In this document: positions 1 through 9,089 of the stretch, one piece after another
How the letters are laid out: each line of letters begins with the position of its first letter
How positions within the stretch are numbered: position 1 is the stretch's first letter
NCBI GenBank assembly: GCA_037446815.1
Contig: JBBIHX010000006.1
Coordinates: 1-55,979, forward strand
DNA length: 55,979 nucleotides
Source of the DNA: Caldilineae bacterium
GTDB lineage: Bacteria; Chloroflexota; Anaerolineae; DTLA01
Direction of reading: 5' to 3'
The notes under the pieces: model-generated
What the model saw: only the letters and a program-made list of their open reading frames with translations
Databases searched by the model: none
What the model was told of the DNA's origin: nothing
Position numbers and translations under genes: made by a program

Positions 1-27
1 AGCCCCCTCCCGAAGGGCGAGGGCGTA

Positions 28-99
28 TCGCCTTCGGCTCAGCATGACAGAGCGGGGAAGCGGCGTGCGGGTCAGACCAACACAAGATGGAACCGAGTC
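28..99. repeat. Right part of MITE/REP-like element, probably truncated by the window edge
   Basis: 65/72 nt identical to 50910-50981 by manual alignment; ends in TIR ...TGGAACCGAGTC. Confidence 0.8.
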
Positions 100-182
100 G
101 GGGGAGATGGCAGGGGGTTACAGGTGGTGCGGCGGCGCAATCGGGCCTGGGTGTGCCGACACCCAGGAGGGCGTCCTCCGCC

Positions 183-410
183 CTAGGCTGCGGGCGGGCT
201 GAACACGATCATGAAGGGGCGGCGGATGGCCTCGGTGGGGCAGACCTCCTCGCAATTGCCGCAGTACTCGCACACGATGGATGTGTCCAAAAAAGGCAGG
301 CCACCCACCAGCGACAGGGCGTGGTGAGGACAGACCTCCACGCAAGCGCCGCAGGCCGTGCACAGTTCTGGAATGATGATGGGACGCACAGGTTCTTCCA
401 TGTTTGCCAT
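183..410 (-). CDS. 2x[4Fe-4S] ferredoxin
   Basis: CTACGACVEVCP and CEYCGNCEEVCP motifs. Confidence 0.85.
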   Translation of the reverse strand: MANMEEPVRPIIIPELCTACGACVEVCPHHALSLVGGLPFLDTSIVCEYCGNCEEVCPTEAIRRPFMIVFSPPAA

Positions 411-413
411 GCC

Positions 414-671
414 TTACGATGCCTTCTTCAGCGTTGGCTGCTTCCCGGTAACCTTGGCATACAGTTCTGGCCCCACGCACTCCAGCGCTGCGGGGCACCA
501 TTCCACGCAGGAGGGCGGGAGGTCGCGGGTCGTAACCGTGCCGCAGGCCCGGCATCGGACTTTGACCTCGTCGCTCCAGATTTCCAGGACGCGCCCGCAT
601 CCTGCGCAGGTGATTTCTTCGGGTGTGGGTTGTTTCAGTCCCATGCTGCCTGGGCAGAATTTGTTCAGCAT
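414..671 (-). CDS. Small Cys-rich zinc-ribbon-like protein
   Basis: FCPG, CAGCG-EIWSDE-CRACG, SCVEWCPAALEC; AAGGAG SD upstream. Confidence 0.75.
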   Translation of the reverse strand: MLNKFCPGSMGLKQPTPEEITCAGCGRVLEIWSDEVKVRCRACGTVTTRDLPPSCVEWCPAALECVGPELYAKVTGKQPTLKKAS

Positions 672-704
672 CTCGGTCTCCTTCCGGCGCGTGTTTACAG
701 GATA

Positions 705-747
705 AGTTTAGCACGGAAGGAGCGGGCCGTATGTGATTTAGGTCTCA
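705..747 (-). promoter_or_regulatory. CRP-type site centred at -41.5 of an extended -10 (class II promoter)
   Basis: TGTGA-N6-TCTCA at 732-747; minus-strand TGcTAAACT at 713-705. Confidence 0.65.
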
Positions 748-1413
748 TTGTTCCAGGCCGGCCTTCCTCCTGAGCCCTGCCGCATCGGTGATAACAATGC
801 GGTGGCCCTCCACGCGGATAAGCCCCTCGTCTGCCAAAGCGCGCAGCGATCGGCCCACCACCTCGCGCACAGTTCCGAGGCGCGCGGCCATCTCGTGCTG
901 GGTCAACTGTCCCGCGATGTTGGCCTGTTCCAACAGGAGTTTGGCCAGGCGCTGGGGCACCGTGCGCAGCGTGAGGTCCGACGCGAGTTCCACCAGTTGG
1001 CGAAGCCGCGCCGCGAAGGCTACAAGCATGGCCCTGCTAATCTGCGGGTATCGGTCCAGCAGGCGCGAGAAGTCAGCGCGCGACACGGTGTATACCGTGC
1101 ACTCGGTCATCGCCTCCGCGGATGCGGGGTTGGGGCCGCCATCCACGGCCGGGACCTCGTTGAACGAGTGCCCTGGCCCTACGATGGCGAGGGTCTGGGT
1201 GCGGCCATCTTCCGACGAGCGCAGGATCTTGACGACTCCCCGCTGGACGAAGTACACGCCGCAGTCCAGGTCGCCTTCCATGAGGATGATTTCCCCGCGG
1301 TGAAAGGTGCGCGCTCTGAAGTAACACGCGACCTCTTCCAGCGCGTTGCGGCTCATGCCTTTGAAAAACGGGTGGTTGCCGAGAAGTTCGGTAATCGTCG
1401 GATTGGATCTCAC
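745..1413 (-). CDS. Crp/Fnr family transcriptional regulator
   Basis: cNMP-binding domain plus HTH (LTQHEMAARLGTVREVVGRSL); probable GTG start at 1413. Confidence 0.9.
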   Translation of the reverse strand: MRSNPTITELLGNHPFFKGMSRNALEEVACYFRARTFHRGEIILMEGDLDCGVYFVQRGVVKILRSSEDGRTQTLAIVGPGHSFNEVPAVDGGPNPASAEAMTECTVYTVSRADFSRLLDRYPQISRAMLVAFAARLRQLVELASDLTLRTVPQRLAKLLLEQANIAGQLTQHEMAARLGTVREVVGRSLRALADEGLIRVEGHRIVITDAAGLRRKAGLEQ

Positions 1414-1420
1414 GTCGCAA

Positions 1421-3571
1421 CTACCACGGATAGTCTTTGATGGCTTCCCACTGCTCGTCGTCCGTATGCTGCCATGACCAGAAACAGGCGCCCAGGAGGC
1501 CGCGATTCTCCACCTCGGTGAGGAAGCGCGACAGGTCTTGCTGCGAGGGCCGCTTGCCGGGCACCATCTCGTAGCACGCGCCAACCGGCAGGATAGGGCG
1601 GCCAAATCGGATGTGCTGCGTCAGGCTGATGCGAAGGGCTTCCACCGGGTCTTTCTTGTACCAGTACACCTGGGGCATGTTCAAGTCGCAATGGGCGAGG
1701 AACTCGCGCCACGGGAAGGTGGGGTGCATTTCGGGCCAGTAGAAGGAACTCAGGGCGATGGGCACCCCGGGCAGCAGCCCGCGCAACGTGCTGGCGTAGC
1801 GGGTAGCGCGGTCGGGCTTGCCCTCGTATTCCGTTTCCGCGTCAATCACAAACCCTGCCAGGCCGAATTTCTTGAAGCGTTCCGCAGCATACTGCGCTTC
1901 CTGTTCGGGCTTGTCGCCGTAGGTGTACTGCCAACCCCAGACGGCGACCCCCGCCTCTCGGAGCGCGTTGACGAGGGTTGTGATGTCGCCGTTGTAGGGG
2001 TCGGTGCCGTCGGCGATCTTGATGAGCACGAAGTCCAGGCCCACATCCTGGGCGCGGCTCACGATGCGCTGGGTATCTCCGCCATCGCAGCGGTCCACTT
2101 GCCAGATGTACATGCCTTTGCCCCAGAGTTCCAACTCGGCGGGGGCCGGCTCGGTGGGAAGGGCGGCCTTCACGAGTCGCTTCTCGTCGGCGGTGAGGTT
2201 GGGCAACTGGTCTATGGGTGGGCCTGTGTACGGGCCGTCGCGATCGGCTATCAGCGCGTCCAGGCTCAGACCCGCCTTGACGAGCAGTGTCCAGGACTTG
2301 TTGCCCGCTCTCCAGAAGGCATTGATGATCTGCTGGTTGGTGTACGTGAGCGGTGGCTTGAGGGTGATTTGATACTTGCCGGGGACGAGTTGGTCCGGCG
2401 GGCCGATTTGCTCCTGCACCAACGCGAGGAGGGAGGGGAGTTCGGATTGCGGTACGCCTTGGGCAGCGAGCACCTGCTGTACCGAGGGGATTTCAAAGGC
2501 CAGCACTTGGGGCGCCTTGGTGGAAGCGAGGTCTTTGTAGACCGCGTGTGCCCTTTTCCGATTCTCTGTCGTGAGAGGCCCCGCGTTGTACAACCCCCAG
2601 GTGTTGTCGGGGCCGAAGTCTTGCAGGCAGAACCAGACGGCAGCGCGGACACGCCAGTCGGGGATGAGCGTCTCGTAGGCGGCGCGGAGGCTCGCGGCCT
2701 GGAATTCCTGGCCGCAGGACAGGGACTGCCAGCCCATCTCGGAGATGTAGAGGCCCTTTTCCTCCAGGACCTCGCCCTCAAAGGCGAAGGCCGTGTCCCA
2801 CAGGGTCTGAACGCGGGCGGCGACGGACGCGCGTATGGAGTCGGGGGTGGCCTGGCAGTCCTGCTTGACATAAAGATGGAATCCGATGCCGTCCAGCGGG
2901 TAGCGGCCGTGGTTGAGCCGCACGAGTTCCCACTGGAGGGCGTGAATGCCCTGGGTGTAGGTGTCGGCTAGGTATTGCGCGCCGGTATCGGCGTCGTGGG
3001 TGAGGAGGGGGCCGGACACCAAGGTAACGTCCAGGCCGCGGCGGAGCTTGACCTCGTCGTAGATTTCCTGGAGCATGCGGGCGAACCAATAGGGGTGAAT
3101 CCAGGCCTGGGTCCAGGCGGGCCCGCCGGGCACGCGGTGCCAGTCGTTGGGTTCGTTGAAGGATTCGTACACGTAAATGCGGCCGCGGAAATGCTCGGCG
3201 ATGATGCCGAAGTTGGCCACGTACTCGTCCAGCCAGGATTCGGCGGCGCTGCTAGGCGCGGCGCTGCGGAAGGCGTTGGCGTCGGCGGCGGGGTTGCGGA
3301 CGGCCTCGGCGCCCACCAGCGCGTAGATGCGCAACCCCTGGGATAGGTAGCGATCCACGATGTGGTCGTAGGTTTCCAGCCAGGTGCGGCCCGCGTGCTT
3401 TGTCGCGTCGGTTGGGGATGCCCAGGGGCCGAGGATGAAGTTAACGCGCACCCATTTGGCGCCAGCCCACGCGGGCAGGCGCGAGTCGGAGACCGCGGGC
3501 GAGATTTCGCCCGTGATGGGGTCCATGGGACGATTCACATCCAAGCCCATTTTCCGATTGTCGCGGTACAT
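1421..3571 (-). CDS. Two-domain putative glycoside hydrolase (GH-A-like N-terminal, GH25/GH18-like C-terminal)
   Basis: FNEPN and ISEMGW motifs; C-terminal FVLIKIADG, GFVIDAETEYE, MPQVYW; SD GAGGAG before ATG at 3571. Confidence 0.65.
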   Translation of the reverse strand: MYRDNRKMGLDVNRPMDPITGEISPAVSDSRLPAWAGAKWVRVNFILGPWASPTDATKHAGRTWLETYDHIVDRYLSQGLRIYALVGAEAVRNPAADANAFRSAAPSSAAESWLDEYVANFGIIAEHFRGRIYVYESFNEPNDWHRVPGGPAWTQAWIHPYWFARMLQEIYDEVKLRRGLDVTLVSGPLLTHDADTGAQYLADTYTQGIHALQWELVRLNHGRYPLDGIGFHLYVKQDCQATPDSIRASVAARVQTLWDTAFAFEGEVLEEKGLYISEMGWQSLSCGQEFQAASLRAAYETLIPDWRVRAAVWFCLQDFGPDNTWGLYNAGPLTTENRKRAHAVYKDLASTKAPQVLAFEIPSVQQVLAAQGVPQSELPSLLALVQEQIGPPDQLVPGKYQITLKPPLTYTNQQIINAFWRAGNKSWTLLVKAGLSLDALIADRDGPYTGPPIDQLPNLTADEKRLVKAALPTEPAPAELELWGKGMYIWQVDRCDGGDTQRIVSRAQDVGLDFVLIKIADGTDPYNGDITTLVNALREAGVAVWGWQYTYGDKPEQEAQYAAERFKKFGLAGFVIDAETEYEGKPDRATRYASTLRGLLPGVPIALSSFYWPEMHPTFPWREFLAHCDLNMPQVYWYKKDPVEALRISLTQHIRFGRPILPVGACYEMVPGKRPSQQDLSRFLTEVENRGLLGACFWSWQHTDDEQWEAIKDYPW

Positions 3572-3854
3572 GATTCTCTCCTCAGCCGAGCATTGGGCGG
3601 GTCGGCTGCCCGCTTCAGAGACCGGCACCGTGCGGCAAAGCGTGTGTGATGCGGGGACATTGTACCTTATGGGGATGAGAGGCGCAAGTGCGATGGCGGA
3701 GGGTCATCGTACGCTCGTTCTTCGCCGAGGCGCGGGATGCCTGGCCCGAAGCACAGGATGGGGCGAGCACTCTATTCGCGCGGCACAGAGTGCGTTCTGT
3801 TGACAACGACGGCACATTTGTGGTATCTCCTACGCAAACCTTCTGAGGAGGTGC

Positions 3855-4820
3855 ATGATGGGGTTTCGTTACGCTGTCGTGGGTGCAGGGCGGCAGGGTG
3901 TGGCCGCGGCCTACGATTTGGCGCGGCTTGGGGATGCGGAGCAGGTCTTGATCGTGGACGTGTCGCGGGAGGCTGCCGGCGCGGGGGCAAGGCGGGTGAA
4001 CGAACTGCTGGGCGCGGAGGTGGCGAAGGGAGTGGTTGGCGATGCGGCGCGCCCGGAAGACCTCAGGGGGTGCTGGCCGGTGTGGATGCCGTCGTAAGCA
4101 CTGTGCCCTACCGGTATAACCTGGGGCTGACACGGCTGGCAGTGGGGGCCGGTTTTCATTTGTGCGACTTGGGCGGCAACACGGAGGTTGCGCGGCAGCA
4201 ATTGGCACTCGGAGAAGATGCCGAGCGGGCGGGCGTCTCCATTGTGCCGGATTGCGGGATGCGGCCTGGGCTCAATGTCTCGCTCGGAGTGTACGCGATG
4301 TCGCTGTTGGATGAGCCTCAAGATGTGTACATCTACGATGATGGCGTGGACATTTGAGGGGCGGTTGCGGACGCTGGAGGACAAGACGCTGCGGTATCCC
4401 GGGCACTGGGCGCAGATGCAAGCGTACGCGCAGTTGGGATTGCTGGATATGGAGCCGATTCGCGTGGGCGACGCGATGGTTGTGCCGCGCGAAGTGTTCC
4501 ATGCGCTGCTGGAGCCGAAGATTACCGATGCCGAGGCCAAGGATATCTGCGTCATCTACGTGCGGTGCACGGGGCGCAAGGGTGGGCAGCCGGCGGAGGC
4601 GGTTGTGCATCTCGTGGACCAGTACGATGAGCAGACCGGATTTCGCGCCATGGAGCGGCTGACGGGCTGGCACGCATCCATCATGGCGATTCTCGCGGCG
4701 CGCGGCGCCGTGCCCCGAGGCGCGATTCCCGTGGAGCGGGCAGCGCCCGGGGATGTGATTGTGGCTGAGGTTCGTTTGCGTGGGTTGGAGGTGCGTAGCG
4801 AAGTGCGTCGTTTGTCCTGA
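3855..4820 (+). pseudogene. Saccharopine dehydrogenase/lysine 6-dehydrogenase family, disrupted
   Basis: GAGRQG Rossmann motif, CDLGG, PDCG.PG and KTLRYPGH..AMERLTG lie in three separate ORF segments; frameshift in G run 4066-4070 and an apparent deletion near 4340. Confidence 0.8.
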
Positions 4821-4847
4821 GCGTAGCCCCGGCCGTGTGCCGCTGGG

Positions 4848-4906
4848 ATAACTTGTTATAACTTGCAATATCGTTATTTGACACGCAGTGGCGCTTGTGC
4901 TATAAT
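4848..4906 (+). promoter_or_regulatory. Consensus sigma70 promoter with upstream ATAACTTG direct repeats
   Basis: TTGACA 4878-4883, 17 bp, TGcTATAAT 4898-4906; ATAACTTG at 4848 and 4858. Confidence 0.8.
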
Positions 4907-4953
4907 GCACATGGTCGGAGGGACGAACCCTCCACGTACGGTTGGGGCTTGCG

Positions 4954-5718
4954 GTGAGTGAACTGCTGACAACGCGTGAACTTCAGAATCTCCTCAAGGT
5001 GGATCGCATTACGATCTACCGCATGTTGGAACAGGGCCGCCTGCCCGGGTTCAAGGTAGGCGGCCAGTGGCGGTTCTCCCGCCGCGAGATTGAGGAGTGG
5101 CTGGAGGCCCAGCGCGATGTTCTCTCGCTGGCGGAGGATGCCGCCAACGCCTCCGTGCCTTCTGCCGTTCCCTTGCCTCTCCACTGCGTCCAGAACGTGC
5201 AGGACGTGTTCGCCGAAGCCCTGGACGTTGCGGCCGTAACGACCGACCTCAACGGCAACCCTCTGACCCGAATCAGCCACACATGCCCCTTCTGCGACCT
5301 AATCCTATCTGCGCCCGAGGGCCGCAGGCGCTGCATGGAGACCTGGAAGGCCAGTGCTGCGGCTGCAGCGCGAGAGCCGACCGCGAAGGCGTGCCACGCG
5401 GGCCTGTCGTGCATGGGTGCGCTGGTGCGGGTCGGCGGCAATCCGGTGGCCGTGTTCTCGGCGTGCCAGTTTGTGCTGGCAGGTCGGGAAGGTGTCCCCG
5501 AAGCGGATGAGAGCGTGCGACAGTTGGCGCGGGATTTGGGCATTGACGAGGGCACTCTGGTGGCCTTGCGCAGAAGTGTGCCGGTGCTTGCGGACGCCGA
5601 GGCGTCGCGGCTGTCCCGCCTTGTGCAGCGCGTGTCGGTAACGCTGTCGGAGATTGGCGATGAGCGGCTTGCACTGTTGAGCCGCTTGGAGCGCATTGCG
5701 GAAATGACCCGAGTCTAG
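4954..5718 (+). CDS. Excisionase-like HTH (HTH_17) plus PocR-type sensor regulator
   Basis: LLTTRELQNLLKVDRITIYRM..GFKVGGQWRF; PocR-like CPFCDLI..RRRC..CHAGL; probable GTG start. Confidence 0.8.
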   Translation: MSELLTTRELQNLLKVDRITIYRMLEQGRLPGFKVGGQWRFSRREIEEWLEAQRDVLSLAEDAANASVPSAVPLPLHCVQNVQDVFAEALDVAAVTTDLNGNPLTRISHTCPFCDLILSAPEGRRRCMETWKASAAAAAREPTAKACHAGLSCMGALVRVGGNPVAVFSACQFVLAGREGVPEADESVRQLARDLGIDEGTLVALRRSVPVLADAEASRLSRLVQRVSVTLSEIGDERLALLSRLERIAEMTRV

Positions 5719-5749
5719 ACCACAAAATTCACAGAAAGGAGAGATTCAG

Positions 5750-6229
5750 ATGGGCGAGGAGAAAAAGAAGGCATCCATGGTCGTCTTCAGCGGGGACATG
5801 GACAAGGTGATGGCGGCATTCATTATCGCCACCGGAGCCGCGGCTATGGGCTATGAGACCACAATGTTCTTCACGTTCTGGGGGCTGAAGGCCATCCAGA
5901 AGGGCAACCTCACCGGCAAAGGCCTCTTCGGCAGGATGCTGGGCCTCATGAACCGCGGCGGGATTGATCGGATCGGGCCTTCGCGGTTCAATTTCGGGGG
6001 GATTGGCCGCTGGATGTTCAAGAAGATGATGCGGGACAAAGGCGTAACGCCATTGGCCCAACTTCGCCAAACCGCCATTGACCTCGGTGTGAAACTGCTG
6101 GCCTGCCAGATGAGCATGGACGTGATGGAGATTTCCCGCGAAGACCTCATTGATGAGGTAACTGATGTCGTCGGCGTCGCGGCATTTATCGGCGAGGCCG
6201 GCGACTCGCAGATTAACCTGTTTATCTAA
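5750..6229 (+). CDS. DsrE/DsrE2-like sulfur-relay protein
   Basis: FSGDMDK, FFTFWGL and LACQMSMD motifs. Confidence 0.88.
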   Translation: MGEEKKKASMVVFSGDMDKVMAAFIIATGAAAMGYETTMFFTFWGLKAIQKGNLTGKGLFGRMLGLMNRGGIDRIGPSRFNFGGIGRWMFKKMMRDKGVTPLAQLRQTAIDLGVKLLACQMSMDVMEISREDLIDEVTDVVGVAAFIGEAGDSQINLFI

Positions 6230-6253
6230 TCTCACAAGGAAGGAGAATTTCCA

Positions 6254-6496
6254 ATGTCTGAAACGATCAAGGCCGATTTGGAACTGAATCTGCAAGGGCT
6301 GATGTGCCCGCTGCCGGTGGTGAAGATTAGCCAGGCGATCAAGAATGTGCCCGTTGGCGGCGTCATTGAGGCGACGGCGACGGACCCGGGCGTCATGGCC
6401 GACATTCCGGCTTGGGCGAAGAGCACCGGCAACGAGATGCTCAAAGTTGAAAAAGAGGGGAAGGTTATTCGTTTCTGGGTGAAGCGACTGAAGTAG
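6254..6496 (+). CDS. TusA/SirA family sulfur carrier
   Basis: GLMCPLPV, TDPG..DIPAW. Confidence 0.9.
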   Translation: MSETIKADLELNLQGLMCPLPVVKISQAIKNVPVGGVIEATATDPGVMADIPAWAKSTGNEMLKVEKEGKVIRFWVKRLK

Positions 6497-6504
6497 GGGG
6501 AGGC

Positions 6505-7152
6505 ATGGAAGATCGTTTCCTGGAGTTCGTGAAGTTTGACCTGCAGATCATCGCCCTGTCGGTGTTTGCTCTGCTGTACGCGCTGAAGGTGTACCAGTTG
6601 ATGAAACTGCCCTGGCCCAAGGAGAGGGGGCCGCGGCGCGGGAGCGAGGAACTGGGCGTAGTGTATTCCTTCGCTTGGCTCTTCTTCCCGTGGTCTATGA
6701 GCAGCACGACGCAGCACATCGGGCGATGGGTGGAATTCGCGCTGTACCACCTGGGCGCGGGGGCTGCGATCCTGGGCACCTTCACCATCCCGTTCTGGCC
6801 GGCGATTATGACACGTCCGGTTAGCCTGACCATGGCAGCGCTGGTCATCGGCGGCTTCATCGTGGGGGCCATCAAACTGGCGCGGCGGATTGTCGCTCCT
6901 GAACTGCGCGTAGTCAGTACGCCGGACGACTACTTCTCGCTGGCGGCCGTTGAGGTGTTTTTCTTCTTCACGGCGATGGCGCTGATCACGGAAGCCAGAG
7001 GGTGGATGATCGCCTACTTCCTGATTACGGCGGCGTTCCTGTTCTACGTGCCGTTCAGCAAGATTTCCCACTACGTGTATTGGTTCTTCGCCCGTGTGTT
7101 CTTCGGCCTGCGCTACGGACGACGCGGCATCATCGCTGGAAAGAGGGCCTAG
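6505..7152 (+). CDS. NarI/DsrM/HdrE-like membrane cytochrome b subunit
   Basis: About 5 hydrophobic helices; YHLG, R.ST.DDY, PFSKISH. Confidence 0.75.
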   Translation: MEDRFLEFVKFDLQIIALSVFALLYALKVYQLMKLPWPKERGPRRGSEELGVVYSFAWLFFPWSMSSTTQHIGRWVEFALYHLGAGAAILGTFTIPFWPAIMTRPVSLTMAALVIGGFIVGAIKLARRIVAPELRVVSTPDDYFSLAAVEVFFFFTAMALITEARGWMIAYFLITAAFLFYVPFSKISHYVYWFFARVFFGLRYGRRGIIAGKRA

Positions 7153-7155
7153 ACT

Positions 7156-8445
7156 ATGGAAGAGCAGAAGACTGTCGTTGAGCAGGCGAAAGAGGAACTG
7201 GAGAAACGCTTCTCGCGCACGCTGGCTGTGGCGGCATCCAACCTGTGCGTGCACTGCGGGTTGTGCGTGGATCAGTGCCACTACTTCGTGGCTACCCGCG
7301 ATCCCAACATCAGCCCTGTGGCCAAGGCCGAGCAGGTGCGCCGCGTGGTGAAGGGGGAGCACGACTGGCTGCGGCGCATCTTCCCCTGGTGGACGGGGGC
7401 AAAGGAACTGACCGAGGAGGACCTGGACAAGTGGGTTGAGGCGGCCTATCGCAATTGCTCCATGTGTCAGCGGTGTGTGGTGAACTGCCCGCTGGGCGTG
7501 GATACGCCGCTGGTCCTGGCCACCGCGCGCGGCGTGCTGACCGCCATCGGCAAGGCTCCGGAGATTCTGGTGCAGTTGGCAGATGCGGCCATTGCGCGCG
7601 AGGAGAACCTGGAGTTCTTCAAGGACTTCTACCTGGAGCAAATCAAGGAACTGGAAGCCGAGTTGCAGAAGAAGGTGGGCGACCCCGAGGCGCGGATTCC
7701 GGTTGAGGTGGAGGGTGCGCGGTTCCTGTACGTGCCGCTGTCGGGCGCGCATACGATTATGCCCGCGGCCGAGATCTTCTACCATGCGGGTGAATCGTGG
7801 ACGCTGAGCATGTTTGAGGCGGCGAACTACGGCATCTTCTTGAACGACCCGGTGCGCGCCAAGCGCATCACGGAACGCATCATCCGCGAGGCGGAGCGGC
7901 TCAAGGTGCAGGAGATTATCATCACCGAATGCGGCCACGCCTATGCGGTGTCTCGGTGGGAGGCGCCCAAGTGGTTCAACGATCGGCAGTGGACGTTCAA
8001 GGTCCGCAGCATCCTTGAGGTCATGGATGAGTACATCCAGACCGGGCGCATCCAGGTGGACCCTGCGCGCAATCCGTTCTCGGTTACCTACCACGATTCG
8101 TGCAACCTAGGGCGCAATAGCGGCCTGTTTGATGAGCCGAGGCGCATCCTTGCGGCGTGCGTGGAGGATTTCCGGGAGATGACGCCGAATCGCGAGCGCA
8201 ACTACTGTTGCGGCGGCGGGGGCGGCCTGGTGGCCATCCCCGAGTGGCAGGATATCCGCCTGCAGGCTGGCAAGCCGAAGGCCGAGCAAATCCGTGCGAC
8301 GGGCGCGTCTGCGGTTGTGGCGTCGTGCGACAACTGCCGGCACCAGTTGGGCGAGATCAACGAGCACTATGGGCTCAATGTGCGGGTGATGGGCATGGCC
8401 GAGTTGGTGGCCAACGCCATCGTCCCGAAGAACGGCAAGAAATAG
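7156..8445 (+). CDS. DsrK/HdrD/TmcB-like Fe-S oxidoreductase with CCG domain
   Basis: CVHCGLCVDQC, CSMCQRCVVNCP, EAANYG, TECGH, YHDSC, CCGGGGG, SCDNC. Confidence 0.88.
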   Translation: MEEQKTVVEQAKEELEKRFSRTLAVAASNLCVHCGLCVDQCHYFVATRDPNISPVAKAEQVRRVVKGEHDWLRRIFPWWTGAKELTEEDLDKWVEAAYRNCSMCQRCVVNCPLGVDTPLVLATARGVLTAIGKAPEILVQLADAAIAREENLEFFKDFYLEQIKELEAELQKKVGDPEARIPVEVEGARFLYVPLSGAHTIMPAAEIFYHAGESWTLSMFEAANYGIFLNDPVRAKRITERIIREAERLKVQEIIITECGHAYAVSRWEAPKWFNDRQWTFKVRSILEVMDEYIQTGRIQVDPARNPFSVTYHDSCNLGRNSGLFDEPRRILAACVEDFREMTPNRERNYCCGGGGGLVAIPEWQDIRLQAGKPKAEQIRATGASAVVASCDNCRHQLGEINEHYGLNVRVMGMAELVANAIVPKNGKK

Positions 8446-8466
8446 GCTGCGTGCTGTTGCGACAAG

Positions 8467-8501
8467 ACGTGCGGTTCGCCATGGCGGGCCGCACGTTTTT
8501 T
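8467..8501 (+). terminator. Intrinsic terminator
   Basis: GC stem ACGTGCGG..CCGCACGT followed by a T tract. Confidence 0.8.
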
Positions 8502-8603
8502 GTACGGCAGACTTTGACAGTTCGTGTTGGGCATGGTAGAAAAGACTAACCCGACAGCATTACGCGCATTTGGGAATCTGGGGAAGGCAAAGGAGAGCGC
8601 TCT

Positions 8604-9089
8604 ATGAACAAGGCTGCGTTGGAGGCGATTTACCGAGGCATACGCGAAGAGTGGAGCCGAGACAGGATCCTGGAAGGGGTCGTGGACGCGCTCCACCGGT
8701 CAAATCCCAAGTACCACTGGGTCGGCATCTACCTGCTGATGGGCGATACGCTGGTGCTCGGGCCATATCGCGGGAAGCCGACCATCCACACACGCATTCC
8801 CATCGGCGAGGGGATTTGTGGGCTGGCGGCCCGCACCAAGGAGACGGTGAACGTTCCCGATGTGCGGCAGGATCCGCGGTACATTGCGTGCAGTCTGGAG
8901 ACGCGCTCGGAGATCGTTGTGCCGATCCTGGATGGCGATTGCGTGTACGGTGAAATAGACATTGACAGCGACGACGAAGCGGCGTTTGATGACGCGGACC
9001 GCGAGCAATTGGAGCAGGTTGCGCGCCTCCTGGTGCCCATCTTGGCGAAGCCCGGCTGCGGAAAGGAGGGCGCCCGTGCGGATTCTTGA
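8604..9089 (+). CDS. msrC: GAF-domain free methionine-R-sulfoxide reductase-like protein
   Basis: WVGIY, LGPY.G, GEGICG, YIAC..SEIVVP, IDIDS. Confidence 0.7.
   Translation: MNKAALEAIYRGIREEWSRDRILEGVVDALHRSNPKYHWVGIYLLMGDTLVLGPYRGKPTIHTRIPIGEGICGLAARTKETVNVPDVRQDPRYIACSLETRSEIVVPILDGDCVYGEIDIDSDDEAAFDDADREQLEQVARLLVPILAKPGCGKEGARADS

Noticed and set aside
4954..5110. Prophage excisionase
   Set aside because: The HTH is fused to a PocR sensor, and no integrase or phage genes are in the window
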